A stretch of 64,000 nucleotides of DNA from an uncultured Gemmatimonadales bacterium (GCA_963701965.1 OY969695.1:4224001-4288000), one strand, 5' to 3'; positions 30,236-40,782 are shown, counted from the stretch's first letter. The notes: a model not told the origin generated them from the sequence alone. Program-made: numbers and translations.

Positions 30236-31444
30236 TCACCGCACCTCGATCGGCGCCGTCCAGCGAAACGGCCCCCATGCCATCGTGAGCGCGCCACGCG
30301 CCTTGCTGCTGGAGGCAACGGAAATCGTGAACTTCTCGACCGGCGTCGCGAGCGTCTCGGTCTTCATGGGCGCCAGCCCTAAGTCCTGCGCGCCATCGTA
30401 CTCGGTGCCCCACTGCCCGGTCTGTCGGTTGACGATCACGTCGGCGCCATTCACGCGCGGCACGGTCCACAATGTGTAAGTCCCCGCGGGGACTCGCAGG
30501 CCCGCGAACGTCAGGGGAGCCGATGTCGTGAACTGCGTGGCCGCGTTGGCCCCCGTGCGCCACACGTGGTCGTACGGGAGGATGTTGCCCAGCAGCACGC
30601 GCCCGCGTGCCAGGGGACGGCCATAGTCAATGGTGAAGGTCGCATCGCCGATACTGGCGCGAACGGTGTCCCGCACACTCAGCTGCGTCACGCCGCTTTT
30701 CGCCTCGGCAGCCTCGAACCGCGCGGCAGCGGCCCGGACGTCGGGCGGTGTGGTGAGTCGGCTCACATCCACCTTGTACGTCGTCCGCGCGCCCGAGTAA
30801 CCGAGCATGCGGTCGGCGGAGTCGAAGCGCGCCTCTCCGGTTCCGGCCAGCCAGTCGTGCTCGATCTCCGCCCTGCCGCCCGGCAACAGTCGCACCACGC
30901 CATGATGCAGCGGAAACCGGTCGAACTCCCGATCAATGTAAAATTGGCGCATCTGCTCCGTGTCGCCCAATGTTCGCTTCGACCCCTCGGCGCGCTTCAA
31001 AGCCGCGGCGAAGTAGAGCTCATACAGGCTATACATCTGCGGGAGATGCGCCATGGCGGTGGCGCCTCCAGTGGCGAACGTGCGCTGTATCGTGCCCGTG
31101 CCATCACGTTTTGTGATGTGCACGGAATCCCGTGTCACGTCGGCGACGACGCGACGCTGCCGTTGATTCGCCGGCTCGCTCGGCGTGTAGATCTGCATGA
31201 CGAGGTGCCGGATGCCGCCGTCTGGCCCGAGCGCCAATTCGGTGTGACGGACCCGCACCCGCGGGAACCGGTCGACTTCATCGCTGGTCTCGGTGTTGCC
31301 GGCGCGCGTGACGCTCTCGACCGAGATGGTGTCGTTGCCGAGTTGCGTGAGGAACCCGTAGCGTTCAACAGGGCCGGTGGGGCCGCAACCCAGGAGCAGC
31401 AGCGAGGCGACCACGCCGGTGGCGCCAAAGAGGGGCACGTTCAT
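30236..31444 (-). CDS. DUF2911 domain lipoprotein
   Basis: Lipobox LLLGC; IDYGRPLARGR, VWRTGANAAT, GTYTLWTVP, GQWGT. Confidence 0.85.
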   Translation of the reverse strand: MNVPLFGATGVVASLLLLGCGPTGPVERYGFLTQLGNDTISVESVTRAGNTETSDEVDRFPRVRVRHTELALGPDGGIRHLVMQIYTPSEPANQRQRRVVADVTRDSVHITKRDGTGTIQRTFATGGATAMAHLPQMYSLYELYFAAALKRAEGSKRTLGDTEQMRQFYIDREFDRFPLHHGVVRLLPGGRAEIEHDWLAGTGEARFDSADRMLGYSGARTTYKVDVSRLTTPPDVRAAAARFEAAEAKSGVTQLSVRDTVRASIGDATFTIDYGRPLARGRVLLGNILPYDHVWRTGANAATQFTTSAPLTFAGLRVPAGTYTLWTVPRVNGADVIVNRQTGQWGTEYDGAQDLGLAPMKTETLATPVEKFTISVASSSKARGALTMAWGPFRWTAPIEVR

Positions 31445-31488
31445 GCTGCACGTTAGGGCCGGTTGCCGGGGCAGGTATTGGACAAATC

Positions 31489-31544
31489 GGGCCTGCCCAC
31501 GAGGGCCTGCCCACGAGGGCCTGCCCACGAGGGCCTGCCCACGA
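31489..31544. repeat. Perfect tandem repeat, 4 x 14 bp GGGCCTGCCCACGA
   Basis: Read directly; flanked by GACAAA and TTTGTC. Confidence 0.95.
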
Positions 31545-31553
31545 CTTTGTCGC

Positions 31554-34022
31554 TCAGTCCGTGCGGAGCGCCTCGGTCGGCGCCGCCATGACCGCGTCGC
31601 GCGCGGGAACGTAGACGGCCGCGGCTGCCACAATGACCACGAACAGGGGCACGGCGCCGAATGTGAGTCCGTCCATGGGGCTCACCGAGTACAGCAAGCC
31701 TGCCATCACCCGCATCAGCGCGAACGCCGCGCCGAGACCGACGCCAATGCCGAGGCCGACCGTCAGTGCGAACTCGCGGCCGACGAGCGCCAGGATAGTG
31801 GCGCGATTGCCGCCCAGCGCCATGCGGATACCAATCTCGCGGCGGCGTTGGCCCACCCAGTACGCAATCGTGCCGTAGACACCGACCGCCGCGAGGATGA
31901 GGGCAGTCGAGGCGAACGTGGTCAGGAGGAGCATGGCCAGACGGCGGCGCGCCAACGAATCGCGCAGCCGGTGCTCCATGGTGCTGACATCGTACGCGGG
32001 TAGATCGGCGTCGATCGTGTGTACCTCGCGCAGGACGGCGTCGGTCAGACTGGCGACGTCGGTCAAGCCGGGCTGCGTACGGACGACCACGAAGCGGCTG
32101 CCAATCGCGTATTGCTCTACAGGGAAATAGGTCGTGATCGGAGGCGATACGTCAGGCTCATAGGCTTTGGCGTCGCGGATGACGCCGACCACGCTTCGCC
32201 AAGGGCCGTCCGAGCCCTGGCGCAAGCGTTTGCCGATCGCATCCTGGTGCGGCCAGAATCGCGCCGCCAGGTTCTCGTCTACGATGACCACGGGCGGAGC
32301 CTGCCGCGTATCTTGTTCGCTGAAGAACCGGCCCCGCATGAGCGGCATACCCATAGCATGGAAATAGTCCGGGCTGACGTAGCCGCTACTGGCGATAATG
32401 AGATCCGTGCCACTTGCCTTTGGGACGTAGTCTTCGATGCGAATCGGCTCCCACGCGAGCGCGACGGAGCTCAGGGGCAGCTGATAATTGGTGCCGACGG
32501 AGCTGACGCCGGGGAGCGTGCGGAGCCGATCGCCGAGTTGGTGGTAGAATCCCGAGATGGCTTCCGGGGTGGCGTAGCGATACGCTGGCAACGACAGACG
32601 CAGCGACAATGTGTTCCGCGGATCAAAGCCGGGACTCGCGGTGCTGATGCGTCCGTAGCTGCGGACGAGCAGTCCGGCCGCGATCAGTAGTATCAGACTC
32701 AATGCCACTTCCGTGGTGATGAGCGCGTTCCGTAAGCGCCCATGTCCCAGCGTCGACCCCCGTACGCCTTCTTTGAGCGCGGCGTGCGGGTCCACGTTGG
32801 CGGCCCGCAGGGCGGGGGTCAGGCCGAAGACGAGGGTGCTGACGACCGATACCGCGAACGTAAACGCCAAGACGCTGGCATCGATGCCCACGGCGTCGAG
32901 ACGCGGGACACCGGCGGGTCCCGCATGTCGGAGCAGGAATATGCTGCCCGCGGCCACGCCTAGGCCAAGCGTGCCGCTGACGAGGGCCAGCAGCAGATTC
33001 TCGGTAGCGAGCTGCCGGACCAGTTGCCCGCGATGCGCGCCGAGGGCCGCGCGAATCGCCAACTCCCGTTCGCGAACGGTAGAACGGGAGAGCAAGAGAC
33101 CAGCGACATTGCTGCACGCGATGAGCAGGAGGACGGCCACAGCGCCCAAGAGCACGTACAGCGCGAGTCGCGTGTCGCCCACGACTTGATCGATCAATGG
33201 GACCACGCTGATCGTGAGACCGCCGTGTGGCGGATAGGCCTGTGGATATTCGTGCCGCATGCGGGCGGCGATCGCCTCCATCTCGGCTTGCGCCGCTTCG
33301 GCGGATACGCCAGGACGGCGGACGGCGAAAATGTTGTAATCCTCTCCGTCGCGATTGCTCCGTTCACTCGCCGCGATAGGCAGCGGGAGGAACACGTCAA
33401 TGCGTTGCACACCGTTGACCGCCGGCATGATCTCGCGGTCGAACAGGAACCGCGGCGAGAGCACACCGATGATGATCGCACTCTGGCCATTCAGTGTGAG
33501 AGACCGGCCAATGATCGACGGGTCGCCACCGAACCGCCGCTGCCAAAATCCATGAGAGAGCACGACCAATGGGGGGCGGCCGGGTTGATCGTCGTCCGGG
33601 GTGAAGAGATGCCCGAGCGCCGCGCCCGCGCCGAGTATGGGGAAGAGCGACAATGTGCTGCGGACGCCGTCGATCCGTTCCGGCAGGCCGGTGCCGGTCA
33701 TGTTGAAGCTGGCGCCGATGGCCGCTGCCACGCGCTCGAATGCGGTGTTCTCGTCCTTGATGTCGAGATATTGACCGAGTGAGAGCCAGTCGCGCGGTAC
33801 GTCCAGGCCGGGCGATCGTTGCCACAGCATCGCGAGGCGTTCCGCGTGCGGATAGGGCAGGGGGCGCAAGAGCAGCGCGTTGGCCGCGCTGAAGATCGCG
33901 CACGTGGCGCCGATGCCAATCGTGAGAGACAGCACGGCCGCAACCGTGAAGGCGGGAGCCTTCGTGAGCGCGCGTGCGCTTCGAACGAATGTCAGCCCTG
34001 ACGAGTGTCGCGGCCATGCCAA
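31554..34022 (-). CDS. ADOP-type duplicated MacB/FtsX ABC permease
   Basis: TIGIGATCAIFS, LLLIACSNVAGLLL, RELAIRAALGA, RRREIGIRMALG; no adjacent ATPase gene. Confidence 0.92.
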   Translation of the reverse strand: MAWPRHSSGLTFVRSARALTKAPAFTVAAVLSLTIGIGATCAIFSAANALLLRPLPYPHAERLAMLWQRSPGLDVPRDWLSLGQYLDIKDENTAFERVAAAIGASFNMTGTGLPERIDGVRSTLSLFPILGAGAALGHLFTPDDDQPGRPPLVVLSHGFWQRRFGGDPSIIGRSLTLNGQSAIIIGVLSPRFLFDREIMPAVNGVQRIDVFLPLPIAASERSNRDGEDYNIFAVRRPGVSAEAAQAEMEAIAARMRHEYPQAYPPHGGLTISVVPLIDQVVGDTRLALYVLLGAVAVLLLIACSNVAGLLLSRSTVRERELAIRAALGAHRGQLVRQLATENLLLALVSGTLGLGVAAGSIFLLRHAGPAGVPRLDAVGIDASVLAFTFAVSVVSTLVFGLTPALRAANVDPHAALKEGVRGSTLGHGRLRNALITTEVALSLILLIAAGLLVRSYGRISTASPGFDPRNTLSLRLSLPAYRYATPEAISGFYHQLGDRLRTLPGVSSVGTNYQLPLSSVALAWEPIRIEDYVPKASGTDLIIASSGYVSPDYFHAMGMPLMRGRFFSEQDTRQAPPVVIVDENLAARFWPHQDAIGKRLRQGSDGPWRSVVGVIRDAKAYEPDVSPPITTYFPVEQYAIGSRFVVVRTQPGLTDVASLTDAVLREVHTIDADLPAYDVSTMEHRLRDSLARRRLAMLLLTTFASTALILAAVGVYGTIAYWVGQRRREIGIRMALGGNRATILALVGREFALTVGLGIGVGLGAAFALMRVMAGLLYSVSPMDGLTFGAVPLFVVIVAAAAVYVPARDAVMAAPTEALRTD

Positions 34023-34097
34023 GCGTCATGCCGCGCAACTTATCATTTCTCCCGTAGGCTGACTATCTTGGAGCGTCGTCTACCGCGGACTACGCCC

Positions 34098-34745
34098 ATG
34101 CGCTCTCAACCGGTCAGTCTCCTGGCGCTCGCGATGCTCGCCGGCTGCGGGTCAGGGGACGTCCCCGCCCACAACCCCAATGGCATCCTCTTGCTGCGGG
34201 GCACCGTGACCCAAGTCTCGCCCACTCGCCTCGACATCAAGACCGACTCGACTGTGGCGGCCATTGCCGTTGTCCAGCCGTTCCGTCTCTACACGCGCGC
34301 CCCGAGCAGTCTGGCCCGGGTGACGGACTCGACGTTCATCGGGGTGACGACCGTCGAGCAATCCGACGGCACCGACCAGGCGACCGAGGTGCACATCTTT
34401 CCTCCGGAGCTGCGGGGGCTCGGAGAGGGGAGCTACCTGATGGCGCAGAACGCCGCGACGCCGAGCCGCATGACCAACGGGAGCGCATCGGCATCGCGCA
34501 TGACGAACGGTTCCGCGTCGGCTTCGCGTTCTACCAATGGCAGCGTTACGCGCGACGGGGGCAGCAGCAGCCTTGTTGTCCGCTACGGCGGCCGCCAACG
34601 GACCGTCGTCGTTCCTGCAGCGACGCCCGTGACGGCGCTGCAGGTGACGACCGACAGCCTCGCCGTCGGCAGCCGGGTGGTGGTTGTGGCGAAGACGGCG
34701 TCAAACGGGACCTACACGGCTAGCTCGGCGATCCTGGCGAAATAG
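34098..34745 (+). CDS. Hypothetical lipoprotein with OB-fold-like repeats
   Basis: Lipobox LAGC; ATEVHIFPPELRGLGEG; three SRxTNGS repeats. Confidence 0.7.
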   Translation: MRSQPVSLLALAMLAGCGSGDVPAHNPNGILLLRGTVTQVSPTRLDIKTDSTVAAIAVVQPFRLYTRAPSSLARVTDSTFIGVTTVEQSDGTDQATEVHIFPPELRGLGEGSYLMAQNAATPSRMTNGSASASRMTNGSASASRSTNGSVTRDGGSSSLVVRYGGRQRTVVVPAATPVTALQVTTDSLAVGSRVVVVAKTASNGTYTASSAILAK

Positions 34746-34747
34746 CG

Positions 34748-35230
34748 TCAGCCGCGGCGCGCTGCCTCGATGGCCGCGATGTCGATCTTCCTCATGGTCA
34801 TCATCGCATCGAATGCGCGCTTGGCGGCAGCGGGATCGGGGTCGGTAATCGCTTTCGTGAGGGCGATCGGTGTGATCTGCCAGGATAGACCCCATTTATC
34901 CTTGCACCAGCCGCACACACTCGCTTCGCCGCCGTTGCCGATGATCGCGTTCCAATAGCGATCTGTCTCGGCCTGGTCAGTAGTGGCGATCTGAAACGAG
35001 AATGCGTCGGTGTGCTTGACGTTCGGTCCACCATTGAGACCGAGGCAGGGAATGCCCATCACGGTGAACTCGACCGTCAACACATCTCCGGTCTTGCCCG
35101 ACGGAAAATCCCCTGGTGCGCGGTGGACCGCGCCGACGGACGAATCGGGAAAGGTCTTGGCGTAAAACCGGGCTGCGCCCTCGGCGTCGCGATCGTACCA
35201 CAGGCAGATCGTGTTCTTTGCGGGTGTCAC
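34748..35230 (-). CDS. PhnB-like VOC protein (3-demethylubiquinone-9 3-methyltransferase family)
   Basis: ICLWY, LNGGP, CGWCKDKWGLSWQITP, MRKIDIA. Confidence 0.92.
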   Translation of the reverse strand: MTPAKNTICLWYDRDAEGAARFYAKTFPDSSVGAVHRAPGDFPSGKTGDVLTVEFTVMGIPCLGLNGGPNVKHTDAFSFQIATTDQAETDRYWNAIIGNGGEASVCGWCKDKWGLSWQITPIALTKAITDPDPAAAKRAFDAMMTMRKIDIAAIEAARRG

Positions 35231-35278
35231 GCCATTCCTCCTTGTGATGTGGATCTTCCCAGCAAAGCGCTTAGCGCG

Positions 35279-35887
35279 TCATCGCGCAGCGGCAACGGCC
35301 TGAGGTTCGGCTCGCAGCGCTCCAACGTATCGATACGTGTTCAGGAGCAGGCCCGTGGGCGTCGCCCTCGAGCTAACGAAAGCGAGCTCGCGCGGGTCAG
35401 CGCTATCCGAAAAGAATCGTTTGCCGGGGCCCAGCAAGACCGGATAGACGATCAGTACCACCTCATCGACCAGTCCCTGCTCGAGCAACACGGACGTCAG
35501 CGTCGCACTGCCCCAGACGATCAGGTCAGGCCCGTCCGTTGCCTTTACGTCGCGAACACCCTGCACGATGTCCTTGCCGAGATTCGCGACCGGCCCCCAT
35601 GTCAGGCCGTCCGGCCTGTGGGTCGCGACGTACTTCGTCGCGGCATTCAGACCGTCGGCAAACGGACCGCCCTTGACCTTCGGCCAGAAGCCAGCCCAGA
35701 GATCGTAGGTGCGGCGGCCCAGCACCAGATCGAGGCTCCCGTACGCCTTGGCGAGGGACTGTGCCCCTTCGGCGGTTCGATACGGTGCCGTCCATCCGCC
35801 ATTCGCATAGTCGGTGTCTTCGTGCCGCCCGCCGGGCGAGATCACGCCGTCCAGCGAGATGTGTTCGCAGATCAAGAGTTTTCTCAT
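35279..35887 (-). CDS. RibD C-terminal/DHFR family protein
   Basis: HISLDGVI, LGRRTY, KYVATH, VWGSATL, PVLLGPGKRFF. Confidence 0.88.
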   Translation of the reverse strand: MRKLLICEHISLDGVISPGGRHEDTDYANGGWTAPYRTAEGAQSLAKAYGSLDLVLGRRTYDLWAGFWPKVKGGPFADGLNAATKYVATHRPDGLTWGPVANLGKDIVQGVRDVKATDGPDLIVWGSATLTSVLLEQGLVDEVVLIVYPVLLGPGKRFFSDSADPRELAFVSSRATPTGLLLNTYRYVGALRAEPQAVAAAR

Positions 35888-35934
35888 TTCCAGTCGCCCT
35901 TTGTTGGGTGTTTTTTCGATGCCTCTATCTTGTC

Positions 35935-35961
35935 GACGAACGACCGGACGGCAATTCGACA
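35935..35961 (-). promoter_or_regulatory. Putative ECF promoter TGTCGA-N17-CGTC
   Basis: Upstream of the DHFR-VOC pair; resembles ECF41/ECF42-type motifs. Confidence 0.5.
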
Positions 35962-36096
35962 CCCGCGGCACGCGGCGCTGTCGATCCGCGGGTACCGGTA
36001 ACGAAACGCTCCTCGCCGTTGATGAGCGAGGAGCGGCCGTAAGTCCCAATATATCAACCGGTACGGCGGGATTAAATGACGACGAGATCCTCGCCG

Positions 36097-36834
36097 TCAG
36101 GGCGAATAGCGGCCCAGATCAATGGGGCGTTTTCGCCGGAACATGTTCCCCATCATTGGCCGCTTGACGAGGAAAAGGTGCATGCCGACCGCCCCAGCGA
36201 GCGCGAGCCCAATGTGTAGCGGGCTGAACACCAGGTGAGGCAAGAACTCTCGTGCGCCACGAGGCCGCGACAGCGCATAGATGACCCACAGGCCGATAAG
36301 GCCGAGCCGCGCCACGTGCCGGACCAGCCAGTATCCCCTGCGCCGGACGGCCAGGTTCTGATCCACCATCGTCAGCGGCCATGCCGCCACGAACGCGATG
36401 AACGCGGGAAAGTAGATGCGGCCTGAGCCGGTGAAGAGCGAGTCCGTGGCACAGTAGGCGAACACGGCGGAGTAGATGATCCCCGCGATCGAGGCCGCCA
36501 CCGGATACAGGCAGGCCCAGAGCGGAATGGAATAGGGATAGAGGGGCGCGCCAACGAAGATGAGCAGCAGCAGGCCACCGATCGCACCGAACGGATTCCC
36601 TCGGGCATTCTCCGCGTTCTGCACCGGACCCGCGTTCCGACCGAATGGCGACTGCAGCGCCGGCGCCGTGGGTCCGATGAGCTCATACGGCGCCGGGCCC
36701 GCGGCATTCTGACGCCCCAACTCGGCCTGATTCCAGTTCCGAATCGCGCGGCCGGCCTCGAACTCGTTCTGGTTGCCGCCAGCCGGCATCGACAGCCCAT
36801 TGAGGCCAGCGTTCCGGCTATCCAAGTCACTCAT
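36097..36834 (-). CDS. Hypothetical membrane protein
   Basis: RBS ggagg; G/N/A-rich N-terminus then about five TM segments. Confidence 0.65.
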   Translation of the reverse strand: MSDLDSRNAGLNGLSMPAGGNQNEFEAGRAIRNWNQAELGRQNAAGPAPYELIGPTAPALQSPFGRNAGPVQNAENARGNPFGAIGGLLLLIFVGAPLYPYSIPLWACLYPVAASIAGIIYSAVFAYCATDSLFTGSGRIYFPAFIAFVAAWPLTMVDQNLAVRRRGYWLVRHVARLGLIGLWVIYALSRPRGAREFLPHLVFSPLHIGLALAGAVGMHLFLVKRPMMGNMFRRKRPIDLGRYSP

Positions 36835-37131
36835 GGCTACCTCCGTGCTCGACTATGCGCAGGACGGTGCTTCCATCCGTCATCGCGCCGACTCTCTGGC
36901 GACTCGATCGACCCTGGACCCGTCGTCCGTCAAAGCGCGTCCCGGCGCGCGGGGGGCGCAAGCTCGCCTGATCCAAAGACGACCATTGTGTCGGTCAAGC
37001 GCCTAGGTCTTTGACGCGCGGCCCATATTCAATACGAGAGCGAGCAGTCTCCGAATCGGACCGGGGGGTCGCACCTGGATCGCAATTGCGGATCTGACGC
37101 GTCGGCGCAGTCCGTCGCGCGAGTTGCACGA

Positions 37132-37662
37132 TTAAGCGGGAACGTACGTCAACCTGATCACGTCCTCGGCAACTAGATCGCTCGTCACAAGGCGGAGCCG
37201 CGGCCGGGGACCGGCGAAGAATGGCGTGCCGCGACCAAGCACGACGGGGTGGATGTAGAGTCGATACTCATCGATGAGACCAAGATCGGCCAGGCTTCCT
37301 GCCAAGTTTGGTCCGGCAACCGCAAGCTCCCCAGCTAGCTGGGCCTTCAGCCCACGGATCGCCGCCTCAATGTCACCCTCGACAAGCGTGGCGTTGGGCC
37401 CGACCGATTTCAACGAGCGCGAGATGACCCACTTCGGTTGCTTCCGCCACGCCGCCGCGTACTCACGTCTCTCCGCGACCCAGTCCGCTTGGTCTTCGTC
37501 CCAGTAACGCATGACCTCGTACGTGCGGCGACCGTACACCATGCCCGTCAGGTCGCGCACGTGCTCTATGAAGTGACGAAAGAGCGTCGGGTTTGGCCCA
37601 AATTTCAAATGGTCGACGTAGCCATCCAAGGACTGGTTCAATCCGAAGACGAGCTTCGCCAT
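37132..37662 (-). CDS. RibD C-terminal/DHFR family protein
   Basis: NQSLDGYVD, YGRRTYEVM, PKWVISRSL, HPVVLGRGTPFF. Confidence 0.9.
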   Translation of the reverse strand: MAKLVFGLNQSLDGYVDHLKFGPNPTLFRHFIEHVRDLTGMVYGRRTYEVMRYWDEDQADWVAERREYAAAWRKQPKWVISRSLKSVGPNATLVEGDIEAAIRGLKAQLAGELAVAGPNLAGSLADLGLIDEYRLYIHPVVLGRGTPFFAGPRPRLRLVTSDLVAEDVIRLTYVPA

Positions 37663-37824
37663 GCTAGAAATCTCCACCCCAGGGTCAGAACAGCGCGGTT
37701 GGACACAATGGGTGCGGGCGGTGCCCTCGTTACCCACAGAGAATTTGCGTGCACCAGCCCAGCACGCAAGCCCATCGCGCTCGAGAGCCACGCCAGTCCT
37801 GCACTAGCCGGCGCGCCCACGCGC

Positions 37825-38200
37825 TCATCGCACCTTTAGCCGCTCAATGACGGCCTGGATGCGGGGGTCGGACCGAATGGGAGCATAGAGCGTATCCTCG
37901 AGCGAGAAACCAATTCCACCAACGTTCAATGCGGCGCCCTTCACCAACCACTGGATCGCGGTGAGCAGCGGTACAATGTGAGGATGCTGGAGCGTGGCCG
38001 CGAGGAGGATCTCGCGCTTGACCGTTCGAGCGAGACCTGCGCCGCGGTCTCCTACGGGAGCACCTTGATCACGACCTTGCGGCTGAGGGCCGTGTCCTCG
38101 GCCACGAACACGCGTGACATTCCGCCGCCGCCGAGTTCGCGCTCGAGTGTGTACCTGCCGCTCAGGGTCGCTTGGAGCTGATCGCGTAGGTCCGACGACG
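37825..38200 (-). pseudogene. Internally deleted Ser/Thr kinase remnant
   Basis: YTLERELGGGGMSRVFVA..VVIKVLP*, REILLAATLQHPHIVPLLTA joined to a C-terminal YAPIRSDPR tail. Confidence 0.75.
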
Positions 38201-38319
38201 GCAGACGGTGCTCCAAAAGGTAGCGAGACACCGAAGATAAGCCCCGCGCGACTGAAGAGACTAGCACGTGAGACGAGCACTCCCGCCCAGCGTGCCGCCG
38301 TGCCAATGGATCGCCACCA

Positions 38320-38455
38320 GTACAACGCGCGCTCTGGTTCACCGTTGCGCTCGGCCTCCTCGCGCTGCTCGGGATCTACGGCATGATCGCGTACAGCGTC
38401 GCGCAGCGCCCGCGCGAGATCGGCATTCGTGTCGCGCTGGGGGCGGGGGCTCATC
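38320..38455 (+). pseudogene. ADOP permease C-terminal fragment
   Basis: GIYGMIAYSVAQRPREIGIRVALGA. Confidence 0.7.
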
Positions 38456-38715
38456 GCGCCAGCCACGCTCACGGATGCCGACGAGGGCGGGCATTCGCGT
38501 ACGGAGACATGGCGCCAGAACGTGCGGATCCTCGAAGTCGGGATGTGTCTCATGCGCAGCCCGGAGGTGGTCGACGGTGCACACGAGGACTGTTGTGTAG
38601 TTGGCCTGGTCTACTCCCGCCGACGAGTCGAGCTCGACGGCCCCGCAACGCGTTGGGCACGGCTTCTGCCAAGTAAGCAAGAGCACGAAATGCAGGCTTA
38701 CTGCTGGAGGACACT

Positions 38716-39078
38716 GTGACGGACAAAATGAGCAAGGGCATGTCGGAAGCCGGTCGCGAATCAAAATCCGCGGACTGGGGAGCGGAAGAGGAATATTGGC
38801 GTGCGAACTACGGAACGCGTCCTTATGTCACCGCCGATCGTGGGTACGACTACTACGAACCGGGCTATCGGTACGGAACGGAATCCGCATCAGCCTATCG
38901 GGGTCGGTCTTGGGACGAAGTCGAGCCCGATCTGCGCAAGGGATGGGAAGGTGGGAGGCACGCGGCCCGATCGACCTGGGAGGACATCAAATCGTCGGTC
39001 CGTGACGCTTGGGATCGGATCACGGGTCAGTCGTCGAACGCGTCGCCTCGCGACCCAATGAAGCGCATGAACGAGTAA
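38716..39078 (+). CDS. Conserved-looking hypothetical protein (possible general stress)
   Basis: RBS ggagg; EEEYWRANY..RPY, YEPGYRYG, SWDEVEPDLRKGWE, VRDAWDR. Confidence 0.75.
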   Translation: MTDKMSKGMSEAGRESKSADWGAEEEYWRANYGTRPYVTADRGYDYYEPGYRYGTESASAYRGRSWDEVEPDLRKGWEGGRHAARSTWEDIKSSVRDAWDRITGQSSNASPRDPMKRMNE

Positions 39079-39416
39079 GGCCGAGGAATCGGTGGCTCGG
39101 CGCAGACGATGCTGCCGAGCCGCCAGGCCTTCGTTTGGGCACCCCCGCCGCTGCGCTGGCGCACGCCGACGATCCGGGACTCGCGGTCCGGATCGGGGCT
39201 TGGATACCGTGGGACCGCCCAAGCACTGGACCGCCTCGGTGACGGGTCGCCGTTGACATCCCTACGAGCGCGCATTTACGTATGGATGGGGGCGTTTCGA
39301 ACGAGGGCATATCGGTGCCAGGGTACATCGAAGTACCAGGCTACCAAGGTCCGGATCGACGGTCTGAAAAGAGCAACGCGACGCACCCAGAGCGACGCAA
39401 CCCGAACGCGTCCCTG

Positions 39417-39757
39417 ATGCGCGAGGCCAATCGGGTATTGGCTCGCTTGGTTACGACCATCGCGGCGGCCAAGGCAGCGCAAAACGTCCCAGTGCCTGTG
39501 AGTCACTCACCGAGACCCTTGGTGTGGTCGGAGACATTCCTTCGCGATAGCGCTGTTGATCGCGATCAGCTTCGGCAGGTTGTCGGACGGCTGGCTCGTA
39601 GCGAGCGCCGAGGGGGAGCGCCACCAGAGAAATGCTGCTCCTCATGAAGGACCTGCTGCGAAGCGTCACCGCCCCGACGTTGGAGTGGCCAGAAGCGCGG
39701 CGGTTGATGGACGACATCGTGCAATGGAGCGTCGAGGCGTACTACGCCGAGCCCTGA
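39417..39757 (+). CDS. Small hypothetical protein with frameshift at ~39630
   Basis: RRGGAPPEK|MLLLMKDLL...IVQWSVEAYY. Confidence 0.5.
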
Positions 39758-39828
39758 AGCGGACGCTCCTCCCACGACGGCGGATGTTCGGATCGCGGGA
39801 GATCGTCACGGGGCGACTCGAAGGACAT

Positions 39829-40707
39829 CTAGCGTTGTCGCCACCAGTGCGTCACCGACCACTTGAAGTCCTTGGCACTTGGCGCGAATAGGCGCTTGCC
39901 GAGCGTGAGCGCGTGCTGCCGGAGGAACGCTTGACGCCGCATGATCGATCCCAGCACCAGGGCTCTGGTTCGTGCATCGCCGTAGCGATCGTCGCCATCA
40001 AGGAGGATCGCGCGCAAGGTCGCGAGGTCGTGATCCTTGCCCAGCCACTGTTCCATGCGTCGCAAGGTCTGGGCCCGGGACCGTGGACCGTTCGGCAACT
40101 GTCCAAAGAGCCGAACATGATACCAGTGATCTTTGATCCGCTTTCGCCACTCGTGAAAAGCGGCCGCCTCGCCGTCCAGCGCGAGGGTCCGAAAGGCCGT
40201 CCGCGCTTGGCGATAGCTGGCGACGGCGCCAGCGCGGGCGGCACGAAAGTCCCCGGTCCGCTCGACGTGCGCCGGGACCTCTTGGCAGGACACAACGAGC
40301 GCCTGCTTCGCGCGTCCTAGGAGAGGCCGGACCTTGGCCTTGGCTTGGCGTTTCCGTGTGGATAGCCCGCGGCCGCAGGCGCGAACCACCGGTGAGGACA
40401 CGGCCGCGGGATACCGCCCGTGCAGCTCGCGCAGCGTGTCGAGCGTAGCGTCCGCGTCTCGTAATGACGCCAGGGCCTGCGCCACCGTCCGCAGCCGGGC
40501 GTTCTCGTCGGAATAGTCCGAGGCGAGCGGCGTGCGAAGGAGGCGCAACACCGCGCGCGTCTTTTTCACACTCTTGCGCGCCTCGTGGATGCCGGAGTCG
40601 TCAGGGGCGTTTCCGGCCAAGGCTTCCAGAGCGGTACGCAATTCGCCGCGCACGATCCGCCGCAACTGCTTCCGCATGCTGCCCCGTCGCTGGAGACGAA
40701 AGGCCAT
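39829..40707 (-). CDS. CHAD domain protein
   Basis: IHEARKSVKKTRAVLRL, RDAD, FHEWRKRIKDHWY, LGKDHDL. Confidence 0.9.
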   Translation of the reverse strand: MAFRLQRRGSMRKQLRRIVRGELRTALEALAGNAPDDSGIHEARKSVKKTRAVLRLLRTPLASDYSDENARLRTVAQALASLRDADATLDTLRELHGRYPAAVSSPVVRACGRGLSTRKRQAKAKVRPLLGRAKQALVVSCQEVPAHVERTGDFRAARAGAVASYRQARTAFRTLALDGEAAAFHEWRKRIKDHWYHVRLFGQLPNGPRSRAQTLRRMEQWLGKDHDLATLRAILLDGDDRYGDARTRALVLGSIMRRQAFLRQHALTLGKRLFAPSAKDFKWSVTHWWRQR

Positions 40708-40782
40708 GGCAGGTGCTCCGTGGGCGCTCGCGTCTCATCGCGCGGACGCTTGGGGCGCGGATGCTGGGGCGATCGTCCGCCT

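Noticed and set aside
31489..31544. CRISPR array
   Set aside because: 14-bp units with no spacers and no cas genes in the window
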